In this document: positions 8,790 through 17,393 of the stretch, piece after piece
How the letters are laid out: every line of letters starts with the position of its first letter
How positions within the stretch are numbered: position 1 is the stretch's first letter
Assembly: GCA_041653855.1 (NCBI GenBank)
Contig: JBAZEQ010000001.1
Coordinates: forward strand, 1-28,543
Length of the DNA: 28,543 nt
Reading direction: 5' to 3'
Source of the DNA: Ignavibacteria bacterium
GTDB lineage: Bacteria > Bacteroidota > Ignavibacteria > Tepidaquicellales > Tepidaquicellaceae
Notes under the pieces: generated by a model
Seen by the model: only the letters and a program-made list of their open reading frames with translations
Databases searched by the model: none
Told to the model about the DNA's origin: nothing
Translations under genes and position numbers: made by a program

Positions 8790-10577
8790 ATGAATATAGA
8801 CATAGGTTGTAAAATAAATCTTGAAAGATTATGCGAAACAAGACTGCTTATTCAGGCAAACTCCGGTGGCGGTAAAAGTTATGCTATAAGAAAACTTCTC
8901 GAAGAAACCAACGGAAAGATTCAGCAGATTGTTTTAGACCTGGAAGGTGAATTTTATTCTCTCCGGGAAAAATATGATTTTGTTGTTTTCGGTCAGGACA
9001 AAGATTATCCGATACACATTAAATATGCTGAGAGAGTTGCAAAAGAACTACTGAAATACAATGCAAGTGCTATCATAGATTTATACGAACTAAAACATCA
9101 CGAAAGAATACTTTACGTTAAAAGATTTCTCGATTCAATGGTAAATGCTCCGAAGGAATTATGGCATCCCTGTTTAGTAATAATAGACGAAGCACATCAA
9201 TTCTGCCCGGAAAAAGGGAATGCAGAATCAATGAATAGTGTAATAGACATTTGCACTCGTGGAAGAAAAAGAGGATATTGCACTGTACTTGCAACTCAAA
9301 GAATATCGAAACTGCACAAAGACGCTGCTGCTGAATGCAACAACAAACTAATAGGCAGGACAGGACTTGATATTGATATGAAAAGAGCATCGGAAGAACT
9401 CGGATTCACAAATAAACAGGATATGCTATCGCTCAGGACTTTAAGAGCAGGGGAGTTTTATGCCTTTGGACCCGCTATAAGCGATGTTATACAAAAAGTA
9501 TTTATATCAAAGGTTAAAACCACTCATCCACAAACAGGTGGTAGAATAGTAGATATTCCGAAAGCAAACGATAAAATCAAAAAGATACTCGAAAAGTTCA
9601 AAGACCTTCCCATCGAAGCAGAAAAAGAAATAAAAAACTTCGATGATTTAAAGAGAGAAAATATAAACCTCAAATCACAAATCACTCAGCTTGGGAAAGT
9701 AAAACCTGTTGACAATGAGTTAGTAAATAATCTTAAAAAAGGGATTGAGATATATAAAAGAGATATTGAAGTATATAGAAAAGCTATTAAAGACAGGGAT
9801 GATTACTATGATGTAAGAATGAAGCAGTTAAACGCTCAGATTGAATATCTTTTAAAAGAATTAACGAAAATACATTTGTTGACAGACCCGATAAAAATAG
9901 AAATTCCAAAAGAAAATATTCCGAAAGATTTTAAAAAACTACCCGATGATTCATCGAGATTAGCTGATGTATTTAACAAGACAATAGAGTATTCAAAACC
10001 ATTATCATTAATCAAATACGAAAGAACAGCAACAAAAAGGATTAAAGAATCTTCAATTAATAATGAGGTATTAAAAGGTGGACAGGTCAACACTGACATC
10101 AAAATCAAAGCAGGTGCAAGACGTATGCTTGAAGCTGCAAGTATGTATTATCCTGAAAGCATCACAAAAGCAAGAATCGGAGCAATAGCAATACTCAGTA
10201 CCCGGTCAGGAACATTTTCATCTTATATGTCAAACCTTCGTTTAAGCGGACTTTTACAGGACAACGGAAATGATACATACACTATAACAGAAGAAGGATT
10301 AATGCACGTTGGCGAAATAAAAATGCCTGATAATTTAGTCGAAATGTGGTGCGGATTATTAAAGTTAGGTGCAAGACGGATGCTTAAGGAATTAGAAGCA
10401 ATTTACCCGGAAGGATACACAAAAGAAGAACTCGGAGAGAGGTCAGAAATATCTCCTCAATCCGGTACATTTTCAAGTTATTTATCTACGCTCCGGAAAA
10501 ACGGATTAGTGAAAGAATCCGGTGGAAAAATAACAATGTCAGAAGAATTAGACACAAAAGAATTTAATAAATATTAA
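8790..10577 (+). CDS. HerA/FtsK-family (DUF87/DUF853-like) ATPase with coiled coil and two C-terminal wHTH-like repeats
   Basis: Walker A ANSGGGKS, Walker B VIIDEAHQF, GRKRG, LATQR. Confidence 0.85.
   Translation: MNIDIGCKINLERLCETRLLIQANSGGGKSYAIRKLLEETNGKIQQIVLDLEGEFYSLREKYDFVVFGQDKDYPIHIKYAERVAKELLKYNASAIIDLYELKHHERILYVKRFLDSMVNAPKELWHPCLVIIDEAHQFCPEKGNAESMNSVIDICTRGRKRGYCTVLATQRISKLHKDAAAECNNKLIGRTGLDIDMKRASEELGFTNKQDMLSLRTLRAGEFYAFGPAISDVIQKVFISKVKTTHPQTGGRIVDIPKANDKIKKILEKFKDLPIEAEKEIKNFDDLKRENINLKSQITQLGKVKPVDNELVNNLKKGIEIYKRDIEVYRKAIKDRDDYYDVRMKQLNAQIEYLLKELTKIHLLTDPIKIEIPKENIPKDFKKLPDDSSRLADVFNKTIEYSKPLSLIKYERTATKRIKESSINNEVLKGGQVNTDIKIKAGARRMLEAASMYYPESITKARIGAIAILSTRSGTFSSYMSNLRLSGLLQDNGNDTYTITEEGLMHVGEIKMPDNLVEMWCGLLKLGARRMLKELEAIYPEGYTKEELGERSEISPQSGTFSSYLSTLRKNGLVKESGGKITMSEELDTKEFNKY
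10113..10512 (+). repeat. intragenic tandem duplication with an 85-aa (255-nt) period
   Basis: GARRMLEAASMYYP...SGTFSSYMSNLRLSGL versus GARRMLKELEAIYP...SGTFSSYLSTLRKNGL. DNA GGTGCAAGACG(T/G)ATGCTT occurs at 10113 and 10368. Confidence 0.85.
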
Positions 10578-10579
10578 TT

Positions 10580-10807
10580 ATGAGTTGCGAAGTACCAAAT
10601 TATATGAATAAAATAGACGATTTTCCCGATACCTGCGGTTGTTGTGGCGGTCCCTTGGATGATGAAGGTTATAGTGGATGGTGCGGGAATTGTTGCAGAG
10701 CAGAAAAGCAAAGAAGTTTAGAACAAGAAAAAAAGCAAAGGAAAAGCGAAAGCATAGATTATTACCAAAAGAAATTCAGCAGAAAACCTAAACAAATAAA
10801 AAAATGA
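10580..10807 (+). CDS. small Cys-rich (Zn-binding) protein
   Basis: CGCCGG...WCGNCC followed by a charged tail. Confidence 0.6.
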   Translation: MSCEVPNYMNKIDDFPDTCGCCGGPLDDEGYSGWCGNCCRAEKQRSLEQEKKQRKSESIDYYQKKFSRKPKQIKK

Positions 10808-11379
10808 AAATATTTTTTGATACAGAATTTACAGGGTTACATAAAAACACAACACTAATAAGCATCGGTCTTGTCAGTGAAGATGGGAATACATTTTATG
10901 CAGAAACACACGACTACGATGAATCGCAATGTGATAATTGGATAAAAACAAATGTAATAAATAATTTGATATTAAAAGATTATAGAATTGCAAAAGACTA
11001 TAATCCGTATGAAAAAAATGTTTGGGTAAAATCAGCGAATAAGAACTTAAAGAAATCTTTAAGTCATTGGTTTGAAAAATTCACGAAGAAATATCCAAAA
11101 GTTGAAATTTGGGGTGATTGTTTGGCTTATGATTGGGTATTATTTAATGATATATTCGGAACTGCATTTGATATTCCAAAAAACATTTATTACATACCTT
11201 TCGATATATGCACTTTATTTAAAATTAAGGGAATAGACCCGGATATTAACAGAGAGGAATTCATAAATTACAACGTAGAGGTTTTTGATACATATAATTG
11301 GGGAATAGGGAACAAACACAATGCTTTATATGATGCGTATATAATAAGGCAATGCTATAATAAATTACAAAAACTATAA
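10804..11379 (+). CDS. DEDDh 3'-5' exonuclease, Rv2179c/RNase AS-like
   Basis: IFFDTEFTGL (ExoI), YDW (ExoII), HNALYDA (ExoIII). Confidence 0.85.
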   Translation: MKIFFDTEFTGLHKNTTLISIGLVSEDGNTFYAETHDYDESQCDNWIKTNVINNLILKDYRIAKDYNPYEKNVWVKSANKNLKKSLSHWFEKFTKKYPKVEIWGDCLAYDWVLFNDIFGTAFDIPKNIYYIPFDICTLFKIKGIDPDINREEFINYNVEVFDTYNWGIGNKHNALYDAYIIRQCYNKLQKL

Positions 11380-11385
11380 TCATTA

Positions 11386-12255
11386 ATGGCAGCAGGAAGA
11401 AAACTTACAATTACAGCAGATTATTTTCCTCACTTCTCGAAGATGGGAACTCCTGTCAGGATAATCGAAAGTAAATTCGGGAACGATGGTTATGCAGCAT
11501 ACTACAAATTGAGGGAATTACTCGGACAGTCTCCCGGACACACACTTGATTTGAGAGCTAAAATAAAATACCTGGATGTACTTTCTTATTTAAAAGTTGA
11601 AGATAGTATATTCCGGCAGATAATACATATTCTTATAGAGTGTGAAGAAATAGACGAAGATTTATGGAAAGAAAACATATTATACAGCGAACAATTTATA
11701 CACGATTTATCGAGATTATATTCAAAACGAGATACTATAATAGAAGATAAACCTGCATTGGTATTTGGGAAGTTACAATTAAATCTATTTACAAAGTCTC
11801 AGGACAGAGTTATCGTATCAGAGCAAGGAGATATTACAACTGAAAATTTAACAAAAAAATATAAAATTGAAAGAAAGGAATTTAGTCAAATGGCAGAAAA
11901 AGAAAAATTAAACTTTATGGATAAGGTACTACTTATCTTTAAAGAAAAGTACGAAAAAAACAAAGGTGTTAAATACGGTGGGAAGGATATTGATAAAAAG
12001 CACTTAGGATTAATTCAAAAGAAGTTCCGGGAAATGTATCCAACTTATAACACAGAGCAGATGATACAACATTATGACAGTTTCTTCGATGCAGTAACAA
12101 GTATTAAACCGATAGATAAAAACAGTGAATTCTACGCAACGATAGATATACCGTTTTTATCTTCACAGCTTGACAAGTTTATTCAACATATAAACAATCC
12201 GAAGTACCAACGGAATAAATCAACACAAAATTATGAAGCAGGAATCGTATCCTAA
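11386..12255 (+). CDS. putative phage replication initiator (DUF4373/Lin1244-like N-terminal HTH)
   Basis: ADYFPH...FGNDGYAAYYKLRELL N-terminus, located directly upstream of a DnaC-like loader. Confidence 0.7.
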   Translation: MAAGRKLTITADYFPHFSKMGTPVRIIESKFGNDGYAAYYKLRELLGQSPGHTLDLRAKIKYLDVLSYLKVEDSIFRQIIHILIECEEIDEDLWKENILYSEQFIHDLSRLYSKRDTIIEDKPALVFGKLQLNLFTKSQDRVIVSEQGDITTENLTKKYKIERKEFSQMAEKEKLNFMDKVLLIFKEKYEKNKGVKYGGKDIDKKHLGLIQKKFREMYPTYNTEQMIQHYDSFFDAVTSIKPIDKNSEFYATIDIPFLSSQLDKFIQHINNPKYQRNKSTQNYEAGIVS

Positions 12256-12943
12256 AACTATAAAGGGACAAACAGAAAAAACTTTGGAAAATATTGTAAA
12301 CAATATTGATATTATAGAATCAGACGAAACTCAATACATTAGCATAAATAAGAGAATAGATAATGTAATGAAAAAGATAGGTGTTCCTGAATATTGGATA
12401 GACAAAAGATTCAAAGATTTGGAAGGGGATAATAATTTTCTTGAAAGTGTTGGGAAAATTAAACAGTGGGATTTTAAAAAACCTGTATCAGTATCAATAT
12501 TATCGAGGTATAGTGGGAACGGTAAAACTCATATATCAGTGTGTTTACTCCGAAAATATATATATGGGGTATTAAACAACAATCCGAATTATGATTATTT
12601 TCCAAAAGAAATGTATACAAAAGAAGGGGACTTATATTACAGGATTCTTGCAAGTTACAAAGAAAATTCCTACGAATCAGAAAAAGATATAGTGGATATA
12701 TACTGCAAATTACCATTTTTAGTAATAGATGATATATTCAAAAACAGAGACAATGAATTCGCATACCGGACAATGCAATATATAGTTGATAAAAGGATTG
12801 ATTGGGAAAGATTACCAACGGTTATAACGTCAAATGTGTTATTAAATGATTTCAAAGATTCTTCTATGAAGTCAAGATTACAAAGTCCTTTATGTCTCGA
12901 ACTGATAAAAACAAAAACAGATTACAGAAAAATAAATAAATAA
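12233..12943 (+). CDS. DnaC/IstB-like AAA+ helicase loader
   Basis: YSGNGKTH Walker A, FLVIDD Walker B, PTVITSN, SRL arginine finger. Confidence 0.8.
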   Translation: MKQESYPKTIKGQTEKTLENIVNNIDIIESDETQYISINKRIDNVMKKIGVPEYWIDKRFKDLEGDNNFLESVGKIKQWDFKKPVSVSILSRYSGNGKTHISVCLLRKYIYGVLNNNPNYDYFPKEMYTKEGDLYYRILASYKENSYESEKDIVDIYCKLPFLVIDDIFKNRDNEFAYRTMQYIVDKRIDWERLPTVITSNVLLNDFKDSSMKSRLQSPLCLELIKTKTDYRKINK

Positions 12944-12947
12944 AATT

Positions 12948-13151
12948 ATGGAAAAGAATAAATTGATAGTCAAACTTTTTATAAAAGCTAAGAAACAAAA
13001 AAAAGAAATAAAACGGATTAGAAAACTTAAAGACGACATTAAAAGAGATTTTATTGCAGTTGGACAACCGTTAAATGATAATATGCTTAAATTTAATAAA
13101 GAACAAACTCAATGGTGTGCTAATGTTTTTCAAAAAATAGAAGGAATTTAA
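12948..13151 (+). CDS. hypothetical protein
   Basis: 67-aa ORF in the packed operon. Confidence 0.6.
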   Translation: MEKNKLIVKLFIKAKKQKKEIKRIRKLKDDIKRDFIAVGQPLNDNMLKFNKEQTQWCANVFQKIEGI

Positions 13152-13154
13152 ACT

Positions 13155-13592
13155 ATGGAATCACTTATTTACAAAAAAATAATGGCTTTGAGTTGGAAAG
13201 AGCCATACGGAACGTTGATGCTCCACGGCAAAATTGAAACCCGAAGTTGGAAAACGAATTACCGGGGATTGGTTTTAATATGTGCAAGTAAGAAAAGCTA
13301 TAATATAGATAGTGTTTTTGATATATCAAACAATATAGACATCATAAATAGAGTAGTACCTGTTTATGACAAATATCCACTAACTGAAGGTAAAGCAATT
13401 GCAATCGGTAAACTTATTGAGTGCAGACCGATGAAAGAAGAAGATGAAAAAAAAGCGTTTGTTAAATACTATCCAGATTTATTTTCGTGGATATTTGAAG
13501 ATGTAAAAGCAATAGAACCTTTTGCTTGGAAAGGGTCTCTCGGATTCAGAGAACTAACATTTGAAGAAAAACAAAAAATAATATTATTATGA
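13155..13592 (+). CDS. ASCH domain protein
   Basis: ALSWKEPYG...GKIETRSWKTNYRG and a C-terminal PFAWKGSLGF. Confidence 0.85.
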   Translation: MESLIYKKIMALSWKEPYGTLMLHGKIETRSWKTNYRGLVLICASKKSYNIDSVFDISNNIDIINRVVPVYDKYPLTEGKAIAIGKLIECRPMKEEDEKKAFVKYYPDLFSWIFEDVKAIEPFAWKGSLGFRELTFEEKQKIILL

Positions 13593-13936
13593 CAGAAAAT
13601 AACTACGACAGTTTTGAAAAGACAGATGCAACAAAACCGGATTTATCGGATGCAACATTTTACCACACAAAAGAAATTATGACAATTGAGAGAGCAAAAG
13701 AGTTAGGATATTCATTAAAACCTCCTCCATCAATAATTATACCTGGGATAAGGGAAGAAATTACGCAGTCGCAGTATAAGATTATCAAATGTAGAAAATG
13801 CAGAGAAGAAATTGCAATGATACGGAACGGAAAAGGTCATTTAATCCCGGTTAATCTCGATACGATTGAAGAAACCGATACAGAATACGACAGTGCGAAG
13901 CACGTAAAACATAAAACAACTTGCAAAGGAAAATAA
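13589..13936 (+). CDS. hypothetical protein with C-terminal Zn ribbon
   Basis: KCRKC...HKTTC, with ATGA overlap on the ASCH gene. Confidence 0.65.
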   Translation: MTENNYDSFEKTDATKPDLSDATFYHTKEIMTIERAKELGYSLKPPPSIIIPGIREEITQSQYKIIKCRKCREEIAMIRNGKGHLIPVNLDTIEETDTEYDSAKHVKHKTTCKGK

Positions 13937-13972
13937 ATTTAAAATAAACCGTTACAAAGAAAGGAATAATTT

Positions 13973-14383
13973 ATGAAAAAAATAGTAATGTTCTTTGTTT
14001 TGATATTCCAATTTATCGGATTATCATTCCAAAGAAAAGTATTTGCTGAAGAAGATAATAAATATCAATCAGGAGATTGTGAAAACACAAAAGCACCGAT
14101 AAACTTATCTTTCGGTGATGCACTCCAACTTATGAAAAGCGGACACAAAGTTTGCAGAGAAGGATGGAACGGAAAAGGAATGTGGATATGTATAGGTAAT
14201 GGGATTTGTGAATTAGAAGCTGATAAATTTTGGAACGTGCATACAAAAGAATTTGCAAGGTCTAAAGGTGGGAGTGCTGAAGTATTACCATATATCATTA
14301 TGAAAACTGCTGACAATAAAGTATTGATGGGATGGTTAGCAAGTCAGACCGATATGTTGGCGAATGATTGGATGTTAGTTTAA
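13973..14383 (+). CDS. DUF2829 (Thoeris anti-defence Tad2-like) protein with hydrophobic N-terminal extension
   Basis: SFGDALQLMKSGHKVCREGWNGKGMW and GWLASQTDMLANDW are the DUF2829 hallmarks. SD AAGGA upstream. Confidence 0.8.
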   Translation: MKKIVMFFVLIFQFIGLSFQRKVFAEEDNKYQSGDCENTKAPINLSFGDALQLMKSGHKVCREGWNGKGMWICIGNGICELEADKFWNVHTKEFARSKGGSAEVLPYIIMKTADNKVLMGWLASQTDMLANDWMLV

Positions 14384-14416
14384 CTTTTAAAAATTTAACG
14401 TAACGGTTTATTTATT

Positions 14417-14701
14417 ATGTCAAAAACAAAAATCATAATTCCAGGAAAAGACGGAGAAGAAAAAGAATACACTATCAACGAAGCGATAAAGTATGAAATA
14501 GAAAGAGGAACAGAACTTTACGGAAATAAAAATTTACCTGATGAATGGCTTACAATTTTAGCTGAGGAATCCGGTGAAGTTGCAAAAGATGTGAACGAAT
14601 TGAGACTTCATCCTCACGCTGCGGTAACAATAAAACCGAAGCTGAAATATGAGTTAATCCAGGTAATTGCAGTTTCTTTAAGATTTATAAACAATTTATA
14701 A
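14417..14701 (+). CDS. MazG-like all-alpha NTP pyrophosphohydrolase
   Basis: WLTILAEESGEVAK (EExxE) and ELIQVIAV, 94 aa. Confidence 0.75.
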   Translation: MSKTKIIIPGKDGEEKEYTINEAIKYEIERGTELYGNKNLPDEWLTILAEESGEVAKDVNELRLHPHAAVTIKPKLKYELIQVIAVSLRFINNL

Positions 14702-14711
14702 GGAGTAAAAA

Positions 14712-14996
14712 ATGATAGAATTAAACAAAAAAAGCAGAGGATTCAGAGCGTTGCTATGGGATATATGGGAATGGTACAAGAGCAGAAAAAAAGCAGAACA
14801 GGATAAAAGATTATTGATAAGAAAGGTGCAGAATATGAAAGAAGAACTCTTGGGTTTATCGGGGAAGAGTAAAGTTGCCTTTGTAAAATACTGTATAGAG
14901 ATTTTACCAACAGGGGATAATTTTTTTAAAGAACCACTTCACGCAACTTATATGTCGTATAAAAACTATAATGCGTTTATGAAACGTATGAAATAG
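14712..14996 (+). CDS. hypothetical protein
   Basis: SD AGGAG upstream, 94 aa. Confidence 0.65.
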   Translation: MIELNKKSRGFRALLWDIWEWYKSRKKAEQDKRLLIRKVQNMKEELLGLSGKSKVAFVKYCIEILPTGDNFFKEPLHATYMSYKNYNAFMKRMK

Positions 14997-15023
14997 ATTT
15001 TTCAAAAGGGAAAGGAAAATAGA

Positions 15024-15278
15024 ATGAAAAAATTTATAATTTTTCTTATAGTATTATTAGTAATAGCAGATTGCTATATGTATTATAGCATAATAGATAA
15101 AGAGAATGAAATTTTAGAGAAAAAAGATACTACTATAATGATTCTCAAATCTATTAAAGAATACTTAGCAGCAGAAAAACCGGACAAAGCAGATGATACC
15201 ACCGGGTATTACAGAGTTTTAATAAAAATTGATACAGCAAAAAGTTACAGAGACACTATAAAAGTAAAATTAAAATAA
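15024..15278 (+). CDS. hypothetical protein with N-terminal TM/signal anchor
   Basis: MKKFIIFLIVLLVIADC, with a purine-rich SD upstream. Confidence 0.65.
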   Translation: MKKFIIFLIVLLVIADCYMYYSIIDKENEILEKKDTTIMILKSIKEYLAAEKPDKADDTTGYYRVLIKIDTAKSYRDTIKVKLK

Positions 15279-15282
15279 TTGT

Positions 15283-15831
15283 ATGGAAAATATCAAACGT
15301 ATTCCATTTGCAGATGCAGTACATAAATATTTTGCAAATGAAACCGGAGAGATATTTGTAAGAAAAAACTCCGAACTTAAATTAGTTACTCAGTACCATA
15401 GCAATAAACGAGACGGTAAACTCGGTGTAAAAATACTCACAAAAAAAAGAGGTTATGTATTTTGGTATGTTGACAAACTTATTATGTGGGCTTTTCACGA
15501 AAGAAAAGGATACGATTATATTATAGTGCATAAAGACAACAATTTAGAAAACAACAACAAAGACAATTTATGTTACAAGAAAGAAAAAAATATAAGTTGT
15601 AAAGTAAGAGGAAATTTATTCAACAGACTGAGCGATTCTGAATTTAAGATTTATACAGATACACTCGACAGAATCCCGAAAATCAATCACGAAAGATTTA
15701 ATATGAAAGCACTGCAACAATATAACAGATTCGTAGCACATCTTAAAAGTAGTGATTTAACAAAAAGGTATGAGAAATTGAAAGAAATATTTAGTAAATT
15801 AGAAGAAAAATACAGGAAGGAAATATTATAA
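15283..15831 (+). CDS. divergent HNH (HNH_3-like) protein
   Basis: YFANETGEIF...YVDKLIMWAF...VHKDNNLENNNKDNL follows the phage HNH layout. Confidence 0.6.
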   Translation: MENIKRIPFADAVHKYFANETGEIFVRKNSELKLVTQYHSNKRDGKLGVKILTKKRGYVFWYVDKLIMWAFHERKGYDYIIVHKDNNLENNNKDNLCYKKEKNISCKVRGNLFNRLSDSEFKIYTDTLDRIPKINHERFNMKALQQYNRFVAHLKSSDLTKRYEKLKEIFSKLEEKYRKEIL

Positions 15832-16226
15832 TGGAAGAAAATAAACCAAAACAAGAAAATCCTCTCGACAAAATGATGAACTTAAATTTAAAGTTTCATC
15901 TAATAGGATTAATGAATACAGCAACACTGCTATCAATCCGTATCGAGCATATAAAAATCTACGGACAGAGCAAAAGAACTATTCATTTATCCGAAAAAGA
16001 ACTGTTTATGTTTAATACAGAAGTTGCTTACTACGAAGAATATTTGAAGTATATAATTGAAGTATTCGACAGTTCAGAAGAAGAAAAAATAGAAATCGCA
16101 AAGATAGTGCATTACTGCGAAGTGAAGATGGGAATAAGAACTTACATAAACATAGTAGCCGAAGGCAATAAAAGAAAAGGAAAAATAACTCAACTCAGGA
16201 ACATAATTGTCCCGAGAAAGAATTAA
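15831..16226 (+). CDS. hypothetical protein
   Basis: TAATG coupling with the upstream gene. Confidence 0.65.
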   Translation: MEENKPKQENPLDKMMNLNLKFHLIGLMNTATLLSIRIEHIKIYGQSKRTIHLSEKELFMFNTEVAYYEEYLKYIIEVFDSSEEEKIEIAKIVHYCEVKMGIRTYINIVAEGNKRKGKITQLRNIIVPRKN

Positions 16227-16230
16227 TTAT

Positions 16231-16452
16231 ATGCAAAAAGAATTAATAAATTTTAAGAACTCTCAAAAAATTAGAAAGTTACTTAAAGAAGGTTACGAAA
16301 TCGAATTATTTATGGTGCATTTAAAATATCGCTTAAACGTAAAAAATAAATTCGGGGATTACATATTTTCCGAATTAAGCAAAAATGAAGGCACAAAACA
16401 AACTGCATCGGTAAATAATCTATTCACAAAATTCTTTAAAACAATTCTATGA
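16231..16452 (+). CDS. hypothetical protein
   Basis: More likely start is ATG 16231 (MQKEL), 4 nt after the upstream stop. Confidence 0.55.
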   Translation: MQKELINFKNSQKIRKLLKEGYEIELFMVHLKYRLNVKNKFGDYIFSELSKNEGTKQTASVNNLFTKFFKTIL

Positions 16453-16661
16453 AGTATAGAAGAAAATGGAATAAATATCAAGAGTTATATTATAAAGGGA
16501 TTTATCCAAAATTAGGATATATGTTTGGGTTGAAAGATTTTATAAATATAACAAGAGCAATAAGAAACTCATTTGAAACTGAAAAGCACATAGATTATGC
16601 GATACAAATGGAAGGTGAAAAAATCGAGATATTATTAGACAAGCGAAAAATTATTAAATAA
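16449..16661 (+). CDS. hypothetical protein
   Basis: ATGA overlap with the upstream gene. Confidence 0.55.
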   Translation: MKYRRKWNKYQELYYKGIYPKLGYMFGLKDFINITRAIRNSFETEKHIDYAIQMEGEKIEILLDKRKIIK

Positions 16662-16697
16662 TCACTATTTTTACAATAAACGAAAATTAAAAATTCA

Positions 16698-16726
16698 TTG
16701 AATATTTTAACAATATATGCTATTTT
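16698..16726 (+). promoter_or_regulatory. putative sigma70-type promoter
   Basis: TTGAAT-N17-TATTTT in an intergenic AT-rich gap. Confidence 0.45.
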
Positions 16727-16733
16727 GAGATTA

Positions 16734-16849
16734 GCAGCAGGGATTAGACTTTTTTTATTATACAAGACCCTTATAGAAAGTCGAAGTTTTAAACATCAAA
16801 GTTTAAATCTTGCTGCAACGACTTATATAGGGGATTCTTGTTTTAAGGA
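16734..16849 (+). promoter_or_regulatory. structured 5' leader 1 (two competing inverted-repeat pairs, A-B-A'-B')
   Basis: A 16734-16750 pairs with A' 16800-16816. B 16762-16783 pairs with B' 16819-16841. Followed by TTTAAGGA SD. Confidence 0.55.
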
Positions 16850-16856
16850 TGTAAAT

Positions 16857-17393
16857 ATGGAAGAAGAAATTTGGAAAGACGTAATAGGATTTGAGGGATT
16901 ATATCAAGTATCTAATTACAGTAGGGTAAAAAGTTTAGAAAGAAAAAGAAACTCATTAAGTAATTCAAAAGCACCTGTTTACGAAAAAATATTAAAACAG
17001 AACATTACTAATATTGGTTATTACAGAGTAGTCTTGTATAAAGACAGTGTTAAAATGTACCGTAACGTGCATCGTCTTGTTGCTTTAGCTTTTTTACCTT
17101 ACACAGAGGGCGAAGTTGTTAATCATATTAACGGAATTAAAACCGATAATTCATTAAGTAATTTAGAATTTGTAACTTCTTCTGAAAACAATCATCACGC
17201 TTATAAGACAGGGTTAAAAAGTAATAAAGGTGAAAAGCAAAGCAGGTCAGTATTAAAAGAAAAAGATGTTAAGATTATTAAATATTATTTAAGTATAGGG
17301 ATTAAAGAAAAACTCATTGCTTATGCGTTTAATGTTTCTAAAGGTTGTATATTTGCAATAAAGACCAACAGAACTTGGAGTGATGTAAAATGA
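16857..17393 (+). CDS. NUMOD4-HNH homing endonuclease
   Basis: True start is likely ATG 16857 after SD AAGGA: EIWKDVIGFEGLYQVSN (NUMOD4), VHRLVALAF, VNHINGIKTDNSLSNLEF, C-terminal HTH-like tail. Confidence 0.9.
   Translation: MEEEIWKDVIGFEGLYQVSNYSRVKSLERKRNSLSNSKAPVYEKILKQNITNIGYYRVVLYKDSVKMYRNVHRLVALAFLPYTEGEVVNHINGIKTDNSLSNLEFVTSSENNHHAYKTGLKSNKGEKQSRSVLKEKDVKIIKYYLSIGIKEKLIAYAFNVSKGCIFAIKTNRTWSDVK

Noticed and set aside
11700-11900. Iterons/origin inside the initiator gene
   Set aside because: Expected by analogy with lambdoid initiators, but no convincing direct repeats were found.
16698-16856. 53-aa N-terminal extension of the HNH gene
   Set aside because: The TTG is the -35 box. The region is promoter plus structured leader, and an SD-preceded ATG at 16857 starts the NUMOD4 domain.
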